This document shows, piece after piece, positions 1 to 11,528 of a stretch of 64,000 nt of DNA. This DNA is from Octopus vulgaris (taxonomy: Eukaryota): assembly GCA_951406725.2 (NCBI GenBank), contig OX597821.1:65286001-65350000 (forward strand), read 5' to 3'. The translations under genes and the position numbers were made by a program. The notes beneath the pieces are model-generated. The model did no database searches and had not been told where the DNA came from. It was given only the letters and a program-made list of their open reading frames with translations. The first letter of the stretch is position 1. Each line of letters begins with the position of its first letter.

Positions 1-638
1 AGAACAAGCAGAAAAGAAGATAAAAAATAGAATCTGTATGGTCACTGCTGGAGTATCTCGAATATTGTCGTACTCCAACAAGACAGTCCTAGGGTTAAAC
101 AACGGAAACAACAACAGCGGAATTCGCGATCACACCATATTACAATTACGTCATCATACTAAATGTTGTATCAGTTCCCTTAAATAAATAAATTGTTTCT
201 AGTCGACCTTACAGAGGTAGTTTATATCTTGCGCAGCAGGTTAGATCAATCTTTGAAGTAAAGAGCTAAGTAAACAGAGAAAAGGACGTTCTGTTGGAGA
301 ATTAGTGAAGCTAAGAGGAACGAGAATAAAGCAAAATAGAGACTGATTCATAATTGGATATAACCTAAATTTCCCACTGTGTCTCGCTGTTTACTCTTTT
401 CCATGAACACCTTATAGATCTAGCAAGCACTATTTACAAAAACCAGCAGAGAGGCCTCCATGAGAACGCTCTAGCTGGGAGTAAGAGCAGATAAATTTGC
501 TGTCGACACTCCGTACCGTCTTAACACTTTGCCTGTCCTGTGTACCACGTGTGATACAGAAGACATATTTCCCTGGCATCTATATATCATATGTGATGTA
601 AATTCCCAGTTGTTTCAAACACAAGTGTAATTTGGGAC

Positions 639-1050
639 CAGTAGCGTAGCTAGGGTAAACCGTACCCGAGGCAAGCCGTAAAGATGCGCCCCCATCCATT
701 ACAAAATCGACGATATTATATAGTACTTATTTGTTACAAGTAATTAATGTTCCCAACCAATATTTTAGGAATAGATACTTAAGCAGGGTTCATTTATCTG
801 ACGGTTCGATACAGCCTGTAATTCAAAAAATATTTTTTGAAAGTTTACTTTTACGAAACCTCCATATTTTAATCGTTTATAATGCACCAGCTTCCCCGAT
901 TGAAACATCAAAAAACTTAATGTGCGAAATGAGATGCAATAAAAATAATGCTGTTGCTTCAAGTCTCATCTTTCTTGCTTTTGATGAGTGCCCCCCCACC
1001 TTCAGTTGGTGCCCGGGGCATGTGCCTCTCACCCCCCAGTAACGCTACTC
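639..1050. mobile_element. Non-autonomous TIR element (MITE), hAT-like termini
   Basis: Left end CAGTAGCGTAGCTAGGG (639) is imperfectly inverted at CCCCAGTAACGCTACT (to 1049). GC-rich subterminal motifs (ACCCGAGGCAAG / TGCCCGGGGCA). No clear TSD; a SINE abuts the right end. Confidence 0.6.
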
Positions 1051-1260
1051 TCTTTTACTCTCTTTTGCTTGTTTCAGTCATTTGACTGCGGTCATGCTGG
1101 AGCACCACCTTCAGTCGAGCAAATCGACGCCAGGACTTATTCTTTGTAAGCCTAGTACTTATTCTATCGGTCTCTTTTGCCGAACCGCTAAGTTACGGGG
1201 ACGTAAACACACTGGCATCGGTTGTCAAGCGATGTTGAGGGGACAAACACAGACACACAA

Positions 1261-1322
<62 letters not shown>

Positions 1323-1480
1323 GTACGACGGGCTTCTTTCAGTTTCCGTCTACCAAATCCACTCACAAGGCTTTGGTCGGCCCGAGGCTACAGTAGAAGA
1401 CACTTTCCGAAGGTGCCACGCAGTGGGACTGAACCCGGTTGTTAAGCAAGCTACTTACGACACAACCACTCCTGCGCCTA
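1050..1480 (-). mobile_element. tRNA-derived SINE, family A
   Basis: Reverse complement of the family AGGCGCAGGAGTGG...CCGGGTTCAGTCCC...(TA)n...GGTGCTCCAGCATG...GACTGAAACAAG. B-box-like GGTTCAGTCCC; more than 10 copies in the window. Confidence 0.9.
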
Positions 1481-1744
1481 CTGTTAGGGACTTAGAAAAG
1501 GAATATTTATATTACTGAGAACGCATGAAACGGGTTAATTAAACGTCTGGAAGCAATCAAGGGCGTTTAAGACAAACTTATGAAAATACTTTGAATAGGC
1601 AAAAGGCTAAAATATTTGGTTCTTGAATGAACAGGTCCTTAGAAAAAGACGCAATTCAAGGAAAACCATATATCATAGGTCTGTTCGATCAGGGTTGACC
1701 TGGGGTTAAACTAGAACAACCTAAACCACAACGCCGTCATCTTT

Positions 1745-2060
1745 GAGCTTTCACTTGTTTCAGTTATTGGACTGCGGCCATATTGGAGTACCGCCATGAA
1801 AGATTTTGAGTCAGACAAATAGAACCTCAGCACTTGTTTTATTTTTAACTCTGATGTTTATCTGTCGTTATGTACTGCTGGACCGCTAAGTTACGGGGCC
1901 ACAAACAAACACCGGTTGTCAAGCGGTGATGAGGACAAACACAAACACACACATTCATATACATTCGCTCACGAGGTATTGGGAGATCCGTGACCGTAAA
2001 AGGAGACACTTACCCAAGGTGCTGCGCAGTGGGACTGAACCCAAACCAACACGGTTCAAA
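1745..2060 (-). mobile_element. Diverged SINE family A
   Basis: Same motifs (CCGCTAAGTTACGGGG, CGGTTGTCAAGCG, GCAGTGGGACTGAACCC) with many substitutions. Confidence 0.75.
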
Positions 2061-2184
2061 GAGAGCTATTTATCTATATAACATTAAGCTATTAACCGCA
2101 ACAACTACAGTAAATATTTCTTATTTAGATACAAGGATTAACAAAGGAATTCAGTCGATCAAGTAAACCACAGCAATAGTGAAG

Positions 2185-2325
2185 GCGCGGATTCGATTCC
2201 CAGACCGAGCATTGTGAGTGTTTATCGAGCAAAAATACTTAAGATCTACGAGGTTAAAGCGGGGAGGAGTGGTAACCCCGCTGTACTCTTTCACCAAAAC
2301 TTTCTCTCACTCTTTCTTCCTACTT
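2185..2325 (+). mobile_element. SINE family C fragment
   Basis: TTCGATTCCCAGACCG...CTGTACTCTTTCACC...TTTCTCTCACTCTTTCTTC matches the copy at 57540. Confidence 0.75.
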
Positions 2326-2991
2326 CTGCCACAAAGCAGAGGAACTATGGTGTAACCCACTATGGTGTGGTAAACTTTCAGACCCTTGTCTAGATTGCGA
2401 ATCCTCTGTACCCCAGGATGGTTCAGCTCTCCACTCGTTAAAAGCCAGCGTTTACGGAATGAGGATAACAACGTAGCTTTCGCGCCCATGCAACCGCCAG
2501 TCTATTGCCTGTGGTAGGTGGATCTTCAAAGTTGCCGCACGCATTCTTAGTAGCTTAGAGTAGGCTCGAATTAGAGATTATTTTTTGTGGCTAATGGCGT
2601 GTCTTGATTGGTAGCAGAAGAAGAAGAAGAAGAAGAAGAAGAAGAAGAAGAAGAAGACAAAAGTATTGGGATTGTAGCTTATTTTATCGACCCTGGCAAA
2701 ATAAAATGTAAACTAAGCAAGGAAAAGGATTTGAACGCTCAATGCAGAAATAAGACTAAATAATTAATGGGGTTTTGTTTTTTTTGATCGCCAATATATA
2801 GATTCAATTAATCCACCGGTCAACTGGTGCATCACAGATATGGCGCCATCATCGGCGTTATTGCTCAGCTGCAGACGATGCTTATGGCTCTACTTGAATT
2901 CTGTCGCTCCTTCGGTCAACAAGTACAACACTAATAAATCGTTTTTGTTGCAGATGCTGCTTATGCTACTGCTGATGCTACTGCCACTGCA

Positions 2992-3115
2992 CCTTCTTCT
3001 TCTTCTTCTTCTTCTTCTTCTTCTTCTTCTTCTTCTTCTTCTTCTTCTTCTTCTTTTTCTTTTTCTTCTTCTTCTTCTTCTTCTTCTTCTTCTTCTTCTT
3101 CTTCTTCTTCTTCTC
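2992..3115. repeat. (CTT)n microsatellite
   Basis: Direct reading; it explains the poly-L/poly-R ORFs. Confidence 0.95.
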
Positions 3116-3477
3116 CTCCTTATTTTCCTCCTCCTCTTCCTCCTTCTCCCTCCTTCTCCCTCCTTCTCCCTCCGCCTCCTACACCCTTCGTCTTCCTCCT
3201 CTTCCAACTCATTTTTGTACCACAGTTGCTACTGCTGCTGCTGTTGTTGTTGTTGTTAAGCAACAATACGGGTAAGAGTGATTAGGTGATGGTCTAGGAC
3301 TTAGGGGTGGGAGACCACAGACCTTGGAAAAAAAAAGAAAAACTTTGGTCGTCTTGTTGTAGTCGAGGGCTCTTTGTTGACGCCCAACACCACTGGGAGT
3401 TGGCCCTCGAAGTCGCTGAAAATTGAGATCTCCAGGTCCAAATTCTTGAACGGCACAATTGATGCTGCTGCTATTGT

Positions 3478-3870
3478 TTGTGGCAGAAACGTTAACACGC
3501 CGGGCTAAATGCTTAGCAGTATTTCGTCTGCCGCTACGTTCTGAGTTCAAATTCCGCCGAGGTTGACTTTGCCTTTCATACTTTCGGGATCAATTAAATA
3601 AGAACCAGTTACGCACTGGGGTCGATGTAATCAACTTAATCCGTTTGTCTGTCCTTGTTTGTCCTCTCTGTATTTAGTCCCTTGTGGGTAGTAAAGAAAT
3701 AAGTATTTCGTCTGCTGCTACGTTCTGAGTTCAAATTCCACCGAGGTCGACTTTGCCTTTTATCCTTTTGGGGTCGATCAATAAAGTAACAGTTGCGCAC
3801 TGGGGTCGATCTAATCGACTGGCATCCTCTCTAAAAATTTCGGGCCTTGTGCCTAGAGTAGAAAAAGAAA
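3478..3870 (+). mobile_element. SINE family B, tandem dimer (Meta-domain-like core)
   Basis: TGGCAGAAACGTTA...GAGTTCAAATTCC...GACTTTGCCTTT...AGTT(A)CGCACTGGGGTCGAT occurs twice. The family core GCCTTTCATCCTTTCGGGGTCGATAAA..AGTACCAG resembles, from memory, the MetaSINE domain. Confidence 0.85.
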
Positions 3871-4261
3871 AAGATTTGTGCAGGTCGTCGGCAAAAGCTG
3901 AACACTCATATATCACTTTCGACGGGAGAGTCCATTATTATTATTATTATTATTATTGTTGTTGTTGTTGCTGTTGTTATTGTTGTTGTTGTTGCTAAGT
4001 AACAAAAAGACTCAAGAGACCGAGTGTTTCGTGCCCTAGCATTTAGAGTTTCAATTTAGAGTATCGATACACAAAACACTTCTCTCGAGACTCACTCAGT
4101 AACTTGTACGTATTAGTAAAGCTAAACATATATATATACTCATGTGTCGTGTTATATTTTCCTCTTAATATCGGTTAGTATCAACAACCTATACACACAC
4201 ACACACACGCACACACATACACACACACACACACACGTATGTATGCATGTATGTATGTATT

Positions 4262-5905
4262 CAGTTTTATTTCAAGATTTCTTGCCAATAGAGAAAGAGC
4301 CGGTCTCTAACATAGATCCAAGGCTCCTTCATTGGAATTTCAACATCAAGAACAGAGTATTCTTGTATTCTTGTATGTATGTATGTATGTATGTATGTAT
4401 GTATGTATGTATGTATGTATGTATGTATGTATGTATGTAGATTTGCAGATTTGCTTTTGCTCCTTTACTCATGTGAGACATGAACCCTTTACAAACGTCA
4501 TGTAAGGGCCCTTGAATACTTTCATCAGAGACGTCTGAGACTCATTCTCAATGTTGGCCGGACCTTAAAAACTCCAGACACACAGGTCCTGAGGACAGCT
4601 GATATCTTGAGTATTGAGGCGAATGGTGCACAAGCACCGGTTACGTTCGACTGGACACCTTATTAGAATGAAGGATAGCAGGATCCCTAAACATATGCTA
4701 TATGGGGAACTTGTTAGTGGGAAGATACCCCGGCAGAAACCAAGGCTACGATTTAAGGACTGTGTGAAGTCATCATTAAAGGCCTGCGATTTGAAGGAGA
4801 CTGACAGGGAGAGCAATGCCTGTCATCACCACAGATGGAGAAGGGGGATCAAGTGGGGTAGACACCTCTGAGAGAGCACGTATTCTGCATGAAGAATTTA
4901 AGCGTGCTGCTCGAAAGTGCACTGCTAGTGTAGTGAAAGCGGAAAGCCTGGTTTGCAATGTTTGCAGTCGAGTATGTTTGTCAAGTTTAGGGCTCATTAT
5001 CCACCAATGGAGTCGCAAATGCAAAATGTAACTTGGTCCTAGAGCGCACAATGTTCCTAAAGGTCAGCAATGGTCTTCCTCGGTCACGAGTAGATGCCCA
5101 TCATGTGTGCAGATTTGTATGTTTTGCTTTATGTATGCCTTGTCATGCATATAGTTGCATATCTGGACTTGCTCATATATATTGAAATGATAAACTTCTG
5201 GAAAGTGATACAGATTTTTACAGTTACAGTGGTGGATTGGCTCTGTAGTCTTCGAATTAGCTTTCTCCTTCCTGGTTTTGAGAAGCCTAATTCCTTAAGA
5301 TTGTTATTTAGGCAGTGTGTTAAATATCCCAGAGCTCCAATAATTACAGGTATAAACCTGAACTTGTAATCTGGATACAGTAACTGCAGATTTGTCAATA
5401 GTTCATAATAGGTGTTCACTTTTTCACTGATCTTTAGCTTTATGTTAACATCCGCTGGGCAGCTAAATTCCACAACTGTACACAGTTTCTCTTCTTTACT
5501 CCAAATCATTATATCAGGTCTGTTGTGCTTACATTTTATTGAGGCCTTCACTGGGACATTCCACCAGTATTCCTTTTTATTATGAGTGGCTGTGGCTTCT
5601 ACCATTCTGTGAGTTCTTATTTCTTTCTCCTCAGGGTTATCCTTCCAACGGATTTCGCTATAGAGTGTGCTAGCTACAACATGTCTCATCGATAGATAAT
5701 ACCGTGATGACATTTTTGGACAACTGGTTATGATGTGGGTGATACCTTCGGTGGTAACTCCACAAAGCCTGCATCGGTTTTCCCATTTTACTGCTTTTTC
5801 TGAATCTCTATCCCTTTTGTGCATCAGGTACTTGGTTTATATTTCCTGTTCCTGGATTGCAAATGCATACCCTTCAAAGCACGAGTTGTTATCCGGCTTT
5901 TGGTC
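4262..5905 (-). mobile_element. R4/Dong-like non-LTR retrotransposon 3' fragment (zinc knuckle + restriction-like endonuclease + 3' UTR), interrupted by an RTE insertion
   Basis: ORF 5129-5824 has CRLC..E..HI...C (CCHC), RPDIMIW..E.SCP..K..Y and PVIIGALG; upstream EGYAFAIQEQEI. The 3' UTR (4262-4440, 5108-5180) aligns with the second copy at 37428-37690. Confidence 0.85.
4454..5107 (+). mobile_element. RTE-clade LINE, 5'-truncated 3' end
   Basis: GHLIRMKDSRIPKHMLYGEL...RQKPRLRFKD and a C-terminal CNVCSRVC..GL..H zinc finger, frameshifted. 3' stem-loop CTCG-GTCA-CGAG. 10-bp TSD TGCAGATTTG at 4444-4453 and 5108-5117. Confidence 0.88.
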
Positions 5906-5956
5906 CATGATAGACTGCTTTGATGAGCAATGTTACTATCACCTCGGAGGTTTCTA

Positions 5957-6355
5957 TTAGGTCGTCAAACATGAAATTTCTGGTAAGGTATATGGTAAAT
6001 TTTCACAGCTGCTCATTTTTCCGCATTATTATATTTTGATAATCTTTAACTTTTGTTAGGAAGCTAACACATCTATTTCTTTATTCTAACTCATTTTGCG
6101 CTTTAGAAAGCATTTATAAATCGTTTTTTGTTATTTTCGCTTAGAGATGGATAAGTCGGAAGTTCATACAGTTTTGAAATATGAGTTCTTCCATGGAAAT
6201 ACAGCATCACAAACAGCTCCGAATATTAATGGAGTATTTTATTACACAGCAGACAGTATCAAATTGGTTTGCAAAATTTTGTTCTGGTAAATTTGACCGC
6301 ACAAATGAGCAACGCGGTCGACCAGAAACAAAGGGGGATAATGACGAACTGAAAA
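5957..6355 (+). mobile_element. mariner transposon 5' fragment (left TIR + transposase N-terminus)
   Basis: TA|TTAGGTCGTC terminus. ATG 6147 gives MDKSEVHTVLKYEFFHG..NINGVF, then after a frameshift TVSNWFAKFCSG..RGRP, a mariner HTH pattern. Truncated by the 70-bp array. Confidence 0.8.
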
Positions 6356-6537
6356 CTACGACGATCAGATCTCGATCTGATCGCCGTTGGCGTGACTGTC
6401 CCTTGCTCTCTGGCCACAGTCAACCCTACGACGATCAGATCTCGATCTGATTCCCGTTGGGGTGACTGTCCCTCGCTCCCTGGCCACAGTCAACCCTACG
6501 ACGATCAGATGTCGATCTGATCGCCGTTGGGGTGACT
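6356..6537 (+). repeat. 70-bp palindromic tandem repeat, ~2.6 units
   Basis: ACGATCAGAT recurs at 6361, 6431 and 6501. Core CGATCAGATC-TC-GATCTGATCG. Confidence 0.95.
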
Positions 6538-6822
6538 TGCGGAGGAATTCAGCAGTACGGGATCCAAGAACACCTCAGGTCCTGATAGCGACCGGGACAA
6601 ACTTATAGCAGCCGGTCAGGTCTCTGTATTTATAGATCTTTCTCCCCTCTACTTCCTATAGGATCTTATTTAAAAAGCTTGACAGCAACTTGGATGTTAT
6701 AGGAGCCATAATGGAGTCTAATGTACAGAGTTTGATCCATAAAATATTCACAAAAAGTGTATCATGCTTTATACATAACTGTATGATAGTTGGTTCACCG
6801 AAATGCTGAGATTCCTACCACA
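6538..6822 (-). mobile_element. Possible solo-LTR-like element
   Basis: TG...CA termini with short inverted ends (TGCGGAGGAAT / ATTCCTACCACA). TATAAATA on the minus strand near 6630. No TSD seen. Confidence 0.4.
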
Positions 6823-6883
6823 CATCAACAGACACAGTTCATAATTGCTTTTTTCAGCATTTCTAGTGTTTTATTTTTATTGC

Positions 6884-7200
6884 GAAGGCGCATGGATCTG
6901 TGGTTATAGCGTCGGGCGCTCAATCATGAGATAGTGAGTTCGAGTTCCAGACCGGGGTCTGTCTTGTGTTTTTGAGCAAGACACTTTATTTCACATTTCT
7001 TCAGTTTACTCAGATGTAGAAAGAAGCTGCGACGTCACTGATGCCAAGCTGTATCAGCTATTGCCATTCCATTAGATGACACTGATGGCATGGAGAGTTG
7101 AGACTGGTACGGAGGGGCGACTGCTGGTCTTCCATAAACAACCTTGCCAGGACCTTTGTTACAGTGAGGAACTTTCTATCTAGGTGCAATCCCATAGGCT
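6884..7200 (+). mobile_element. tRNA-derived SINE, family D
   Basis: GAAGGCGCATGG..GTGGTTA (A box), GAGTTCGAGTTCC (B box) and TTGAGCAAGACACTTTATTTCAC; matches the copy at 48990. Confidence 0.85.
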
Positions 7201-7239
7201 TAACTGCCTTCTGGATCTTCTGGATATCAAAACCTATCC

Positions 7240-7403
7240 AGGAGTGGCTGTGTGGTAAGTAGCTTGCTAACCAACCGCAGGGTTCCGGGTTCAGTCCCAC
7301 TGCGTAGCACCTTGGGCAAGTGTCTTCTGCTATAGCCCCGGGCCGACCAATGCCTTGTGAGTGGATTTGGTAGACGGAAACTGAAAGAAGCCTATCGTAT
7401 ATG

Positions 7404-7458
<55 letters not shown>

Positions 7459-7675
7459 ATGTGTGTGTTTGTGTGTCTGTGTTTGTCCCCCTAGCATTGC
7501 TTGACAACCGATGCTGGTGTGTTTACGTCCCCGTCACTTAGCGGTTCGGCAAAAGAGACCGATAGAATAAGTACTGGGCTTACAAAGAATATGTCCCGGG
7601 GTCGATTTGCTCGACTAAAGGCGGTGCTCCAGCATGGCCGCAGTCAAACGACTGAAACAAGTAAGAGAGTAAAAG
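7240..7675 (+). mobile_element. SINE family A
   Basis: Near full-length match with internal (TA)n(TG)n and AGTAAAAGA tail. Confidence 0.92.
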
Positions 7676-7829
7676 ATATATATATATATATATATCCATC
7701 CATATAGGAGGAGCTTATTTCAGTTTCCGTCTACCAAAAAAGCTCTCACAAGGCTTTGGTCGGCTTGGGTTATAGTAGAAGACACTTGCCCAAGATGCCA
7801 CGTAGCAGGACTGAACCAGGAAGCAAAAT

Positions 7830-8195
7830 GGCTTTCCCACGAGAATTATGGACCCTAGTTATGAACTCATTTGCATACATCCAATCAGAGCTCAACTATC
7901 AAACTACTTTATGAGCGTATAACAAGTGATGGGCGATAAGATAATGCCACTTGGGTAAGGTATGACCATTCTTCTTTTCTCTTTTGATAATGCTAGTTGT
8001 TCTTGTTAGGCATAATCTGAGAGCTGAACGGCACCTTTCCTTTCACATTTTTCAAGCAATCCTTCAAAGGTCTGCCAGCACCAGTGGGGTTTCTGCCACC
8101 AGCAACAACCTTTATAAACTGGATAACAAGGCCAAGTGGAGATCTGATTGGCTGTATGCAAATGAGTTTGTTATTGGGGTGTGGGAGAAAAATTC
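7830..8195. mobile_element. MITE-like element with octamer/CCAAT-containing TIRs
   Basis: GAACTCATTTGCATACATCCAATCAGA is inverted as TCTGATTGGCTGTATGCAAATGAGTT. Homologous to 50366-50874 and 55778-56800. Confidence 0.7.
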
Positions 8196-8269
8196 GCAAC
8201 CAGGAAACATGAGGAAGCAAAACTCTTACCACACAGTAGCAAAATATAAAGGGTAAAGAGCCCCCTCAG

Positions 8270-8507
8270 GCATGAATGATCATGGGATTGCACCTAGGAA
8301 GCTACCATCCAATGCACAAGGCCAAGCAAGCTTGTTTTATGGAGGACTAACAGTCGAACATGTATACCATCCTTCCCTCTTCACGCTACCGATGTTATCA
8401 AAAGGAAGAGCAAAGGCCAATACAGCTTGGCTGAGTGAACTGGAGCAACGTGAAATAAAATGTCTTGCTCAAGAACACAACACACAACCATTAAGCCATG
8501 CGCCTTC
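8270..8507 (-). mobile_element. SINE family D, internally deleted
   Basis: CATGGGATTGCACCTAG...TGTCTTGCTCAAGAACACAAC...GCCATGCGCCTTC is the reverse complement of family D. Confidence 0.8.
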
Positions 8508-8839
8508 ACAGTAAAATGTATGGATCAAACATTGACAGAGGTCACCATTAGAGTCACTTGCTAAACATAATTCAAAATTCAGTTTTTATAAGTGTGTCAC
8601 AGCGAAAATGGACGCCAAATACTGGAGGGAAATGAATCGAGAACATAGTGTTTAACTTAACATTGTGATGCTAAGAATTTATGTATCATGAAATTACATT
8701 CTCATAGTTATATTCAATTATACACTTTTTTTCCTTTCAAATATTCGTCTTATAATATTTGATATCGCCTTCTCTTCTCTTTTTGTATGCAAACATAAGG
8801 AAAAAATATACATTAAAAAAATGTTATTGTAAGTAGTAA

Positions 8840-9027
8840 TTTCCTTATTATTATTATTGTTGTTATTGTTGTTGTTGTTTTTGTCGTTGCTATAGTTGTT
8901 CTTGTGGTTGCTGCTGTTATTGCTCTTATTTGCTGCTGCTTTTGCTGTCGTCCGATCATCATCATTATCGCCATCATCATCGTCATAGGCATCATCATCA
9001 TTATCGTCGTCGTCGTCGTCATCGTCG

Positions 9028-9073
<46 letters not shown>

Positions 9074-9208
9074 AAAATGGAAACTTCGCTTTGCCTTGTC
9101 TTGTTTTGTTGCCTGACTTCGTAACGTGTTATTATCATCAGAATTTTTGCTGTATTTTCCAAAATGTTTCTTCTTATTTTTTCGAGATATATATATACAT
9201 ACATACAA

Positions 9209-9239
<31 letters not shown>

Positions 9240-9240
9240 T

Positions 9241-9285
<45 letters not shown>

Positions 9286-9535
9286 TATCTGCCCCCGTGG
9301 ATAAGTGTGTGTGCACGCGTGAGAGTGTGTGTGTGTGCATGAGCGAGTGTGTGTGTATGTGTGTATTTCTATTATTTTCCTTGTAATTTTATTTGAAATA
9401 TCATATGTTCCATTCTCATACAATTTAATCAAATTTTGCATCAACGCAAAACATATTGCTAATACATACACATAAGCGAAAAAGAAAGCAAGAAAAAAAT
9501 ATAAATAACAGATAATAAAACAATTACAACAAACG

Positions 9536-9617
<82 letters not shown>

Positions 9618-9764
9618 TATAATAATAATAATAATAATAAAATAATATACAGCAACAGAAGTAATACATATACACATATATATATAGATATGTATGTATG
9701 TATGTATATATATATATATATATATATAGATATGTATATATAGATATGTATATATGTATGTATG

Positions 9765-9816
<52 letters not shown>

Positions 9817-9990
9817 TAGATAGATATGTGTGTATGTATATATATATATGTATACATATATAAGTATATAAGTATGTGTGCGTACCTATGTATGTATACT
9901 TGTATGTATGCATGCATGTATATATGTAAGTACGTATACGCGTACGCACGTACGTTCGTATGTATGTATGTACGTATGTACGTACGTATG
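8840..9990. repeat. Compound microsatellite field: (ATT), (GTT), (CAT), (TA), (CAA), (TAA), (TATG)
   Basis: Direct reading. Confidence 0.9.
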
Positions 9991-10810
9991 AAAAAGCTTA
10001 TAGAGAATATTATTTGAAGATGATATCAAAGTGTACAGCTAAAAGGTGAAATAACTAAATATATGCCATACAATGCGATACGCTCTGAGATAATTTCCAC
10101 GATACGTAATGAGTATCCGTCGCAAGAAATTACTAAAGTGTTATGCGCAAAGAGATTTTCTATTAAATCGAATGATAGGATATTTCTGTATCTGTGTGTG
10201 TGTGTCCGCGCGTTCGAGCATGTGTCTGCGTATAGACAGAATCGCGTTAGTTGATGTCTGCGTTAGTATAAAAATCCTATTCGTTTCATTCAAAGATATC
10301 AATACTTAGATACATATTCCACCACATGCCAACAACTCTTTACACATATTCATATAGCGGTACTTGCTTAGTTACTTTGTGGTTTCTGCCATTTTGCAGT
10401 GCGATCATGCTGGATCATAATTGATCGCAGTTCACACTAGGTTTAATAATGAGAAGATCAATGAACCTATTGTAGGCGGTTCTCTAGCATAGCAGGAATG
10501 TAGTCAAAGAAATAAGTTCGGTTGACAGGGTAGGACAGACGTAAATTACATTATGTGTGGCCATATATATATATATATATATATATATTAATTTAAATGA
10601 AGGGAAGAAATGGAGCTGAACGAAGATTCCCTTCAGCTCCATTTCTTCCCTTCACTAAATATATAAAACTTCAATTATCCGCGCTAAGGCACGGTTGCGA
10701 CACCCCATGGTCGTAACCTCAACCGTGTTTTTTCTGTTGTGATTTTTGCTACCCAGGTATCGGTTAAATTTTGAATAATCCGTAACAAGATAATTCATTT
10801 ATCCATTTCA

Positions 10811-10933
<123 letters not shown>

Positions 10934-11386
10934 TAAACGATGAATAGCTTTGCGTAAACCATGGTCCGTTTTGTTCTCTTATTATTATCATCTTATAATC
11001 ATCTCATAATAATGACTTTTATGACTCGTATTACTACCTCAGTCAATCTAAATGTATATATTTGTCGTTACCTGTCATAAATAGCCTTTTTTTATTTGCA
11101 ATGTGCATTTTCGTTGATTTTTCATATTTTACCCTTACATTTCCAATTATTTTATATTTTCTTTTTATAACATATTTCTACTATATATATATATAGTGAT
11201 TTTCGTTATATTGCCCATGTGTCTGCGTGGGTTGTTTCAAGTATTTTGTTTTTGTCCGGGAGTCTCTTCTTATAGTAGAAGAAATAGCTAAGGTTATTTG
11301 GCTGCTATTTCTAAACTTCGGTATGTGGTAAAGCAAATCTTTGCTGAACCCCAATTATAATTATACTCGTAATTATAAAATATTAT

Positions 11387-11473
<87 letters not shown>

Positions 11474-11528
11474 CCCATAACGTAATTTGCGTCTGTCCTA
11501 CCCTATACTCCATAATATTATATATATA

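Noticed and set aside
1082-1518. Recurring ORFs such as ..TTGFFQFPSTKSTHK.. and ..RPRKDERQSRPRRNL..
   Set aside because: They are translations of SINE families A and B, not a gene family.
8813-9949. Long ORFs rich in YI, CV, HT, poly-M, poly-H (also at 2840, 23551, 24573, 46290, 49714, 53990)
   Set aside because: They are translations of microsatellites that lack stop codons.
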